A stretch of DNA of 64,000 nt, taken from positions 2,728,001-2,792,000 of the forward strand of contig JAYWIR010000005.1 of NCBI GenBank assembly GCA_036172245.1, given 5' to 3'. Of this stretch, positions 61,372-64,000 are shown piece by piece; position 1 is the stretch's first letter, and each line of letters starts with the position of its first letter. This DNA is from Raillietiella orientalis. Its lineage: Eukaryota. The translations under genes were made by a program, and so were the position numbers. The notes beneath the pieces were generated by a model. The model was not told the origin of the DNA. It was given only the letters and a program-made list of their open reading frames with translations, and did not search any database.

Positions 61372-62850
61372 CTGTAGGCGGCCCTTGAAGCATCAGGAAA
61401 GGGCGCCCTCCAGTAACTGCAACTTTCACCTCCTCTCGGTTGGCCGGCGGCGCCTCCTCTGACTCTCCAGTGTCTTGGATATCCACCGGCACTGTACCGA
61501 CGTCTCCTGGTTCCTTCTTATCTTTCTCTTGTGACTCTCTGTCGCCTTCGCTTGTGATGTCGCCCTCGTAGCCATCCTTTTGTTCAGGTCCTGGCTTCTC
61601 TGTGTCACTTCGGAAAGAGGCAGAGGCAGCCACTCCCAGACAGTCGGCGCTGGCGTTGCCTAGGCAGTCGTACCCTTCATTCGGTGCCTGGGTAGCGCCT
61701 CCGGGAAGATCCTGTCGGCTTTCACTAGAGCGGTGAACTGCCGCGTTGCTGCTTTCTCCAGGAGCAGAAGAAAAGGTCGCCATGGTCTCCCCTTCCCGGG
61801 TTGCCGGAACGACGCCAAAATAAAGGCTTTCTCTTGCGGTCTGTACTTTTGTTGGGATCATATCTTCAACTTCCTCGGTGGACAAAAGGTAAAGAGGAAA
61901 GGTGCCCTCAGAGATCCGACACTGCTGCTCTTGTGCCTCTTCCTTTTCCTCTTTTTTGAGTCCGTCAGGAGTCAGAGATTCCGACATTCCTCTGTTAGTC
62001 TGACCATGATCCTTCTCCGGCCCTTCTGGGTACGAAAAGATATTAGGACCGACAAAGGCGCCATTCGTTGGACAAACGGGAGGGTTCTCTCCCAGAGCCT
62101 CGTCCCGGAAGGTCTTGTAATGATCTCGGAGATGATCTCGCAGAGGAGCCGAGCTGGAGGGGAGGGAAACCGGTCTCATGTGGACTTCCACCTCTTGGGA
62201 TTCCGGAAGTGGGACTGCTACCTCAGGAGACCAACTGAGGTCCTCCTCAGTAAGTCTGCCTTCAAAGGGCATCAAGGTCATTGTCCACCTTTCATCTCTC
62301 TCCTCCTCCTCTCCCTCGGACCCTGAGTCGCACATCTCTATCTGAGAGATGATGTTTCGAATGTCGGCCTGGAAAGCGGAGATGTCAAAGAAGCCGTCGT
62401 TCTCCTCTAGGAGATGGGGTCCAGCGGATGATCCGCTTCTTTCGGGGCTCGCCTTTCCCGGAGGGGCGTGCAGCAGCGCTTCCGTTGTGTCTTCCACGGG
62501 AGCCTGGTAGCCATCGGAGTCGTCTACTTCCCTTTCTGGTTTCCCTGCGGTTTTGGAAACGCTCCCGTCCCTCCGAGGACAAAGCGTCGGTGTCTCTGGA
62601 ACGCAAGGATATCGGGCGTTTCCTTCCTCCTCCTCTTTCCATCCTTGGGTCGTTGGGAAAGGTAAGGAGGAGATGGGATGGACGAATGGGTGCTCACCTG
62701 CGACGCTTTCTAGGCGGGAGTGGCGCAACACAATCTCGGCATCCGTGACTGGAAACTCTGAGCCTTGGGGAATCGCTTCTTCCGCATCTGGGAGACGGGA
62801 AGGGGTACGTGAGCGAGAAAGGGGACACTCGGGAATAGTGGAGGAGAGGG
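61355..62850 (-). CDS. Giant exon segment 2, acidic low-complexity region
   Basis: 3' part of ORF 61355..63277 has the same acidic composition (FFDISAFQADIRNIISQIEMCDSGSEGEEEE) and lies in the +1 frame relative to segment 1. Confidence 0.7.
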
Positions 62851-64000
62851 GAGGGGAGGGAGGGAAGAAAAGCCACCAGGGAACTCTCACAGTCCTTACC
62901 GTCGTCTCTTGCGAAAGTGACTCCGCATCCTGGATGCCAGCTTGAGTCAGCAGTCTTCCCAATGGCGCAGTCCCGCAAAACACGGTGGAGAAACCACTTT
63001 TCGGCGCTCTCACGGTGTCCCAGAAGAGCTGCCTCGTCATCGTCATCCTCTCCCTCCAGGGTCTCGAAGAACGGCATCTTCTGGTTGAATAGGTTCTCCT
63101 CCTCCTCTTCCTCCAGAGATGCGGGCTCTCCGAAGTGTGGTCCATCCAGAGGAGGGGGAAGGAGACGCCTGTCGTTCCGTCCTCGCGGGGTTGGCGAGCC
63201 TTCGCCGGTTCCCGGGGTCCGGGGAGACGTAGGTCTCCGCGCAGACGCCGGCACTGACCCCGGTGACGGAGGACCACTCCCTATACGGGGGCTCTCGACA
63301 CGCTGCGTTCCGCCATCCGAAGGGAGGCTGCCTCGGAGGCACCGCGGACTGGAGTCACCTTCATTGCCACCGCCGTCCTCGGGTGCGTCCAAGACGCCCT
63401 CGGAGGCGGTGGACCCTCCTGGGAGGAGGTCGTGGCGCCACGTTTCTGCAGCGTGGGCAACTGGCACAGCGACGCACAAACCTTCCTCCTCCTGCCCTTC
63501 CACAGGAGACGCGCGGCTTGCCCCGCTCCGGGAAAGGCACCTCTCGTGTTCTCCTGGAGTCTCGGCCGTCCTGGCTGGTGCTCCGGAGGGATGCGCAGCT
63601 CTTCCCTCGTTAGCTCGACCATAAGCAACGCCTTCCAGGGCTTTGTCCCCTCTCGCAATGCGGAAGCCTTCTGGGCACGTGTCCTTGTCGAAGGAGGAGC
63701 CTTCTCTCTCAGACGGCGGCGATCCACCGAGCTCCTCCGCTCCCGTGCGCTCCCGCTCCAGCGGCCTCATCCGCGAGGAGGTGCCACCGTCAACCGCGCG
63801 CTCGTCCGCTTCCGTCTCGGAGGCGTCTCCGGAGTCCAGCAGGCTGGAGAGGATTCTATCGCACCCTTCCCTGATGAATTCTTCCTGAAGCGAGAAGTCG
63901 TCCATTCCCGTCTCAGTGCTCCGGCCATCCGACGTTTCGTCTTCGTCCGCTGCGGTGGCGCGACCACCCTCCTCCTTCCAGAAGCACGGGACCTCCACGA
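62850..64000 (-). CDS. Giant exon segment 1 (5'-partial), acidic low-complexity N-terminal region of the large minus-strand gene
   Basis: ORF 62694..63998 is open to the window edge with Glu/Asp/Ser/Gly-rich protein-like composition (SLEEEEEENLFNQKMPFFETLEGEDDDDEAALL). The composition changes at the G-run tract near 62841-62865, where the next frame takes over; the switch point is approximate. Confidence 0.65.

Overview
Eukaryotic (animal, probably arthropod-like) genomic DNA. It has short GT-AG introns (71 and 75 nt where I can define them), microsatellites and dispersed repeats, and no prokaryotic features. The main feature is one very large minus-strand gene entering from beyond 64000 and running to at least ~20500. 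It opens with a ~10.5 kb acidic, low-complexity giant exon split into four ORFs by three +1 frame changes; this exon carries ~41 copies of a His-rich 29-aa (87-bp) repeat. Next come a clear I-set Ig domain and frame-broken remnants of a second Ig, a Sec14/CRAL-TRIO-like segment, many spectrin repeats, two more Ig domains and a DH-PH module. That order suggests a giant Dbl-family RhoGEF of the Trio/DBS/puratrophin type. Left of ~53 kb most exons are heavily frameshifted, which means either low consensus accuracy or real decay; the sequence alone cannot decide. Introns hold a ~700-bp tRNA-headed SINE family (4 pieces). A GC-rich ~470-bp repeat occurs in 3 pieces, two of them inverted neighbours, and there are several perfect 15-20-bp hairpins. 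The GC-rich left 20 kb has only weak, unidentifiable coding hints. All domain calls are by-eye motif matches, not database results.
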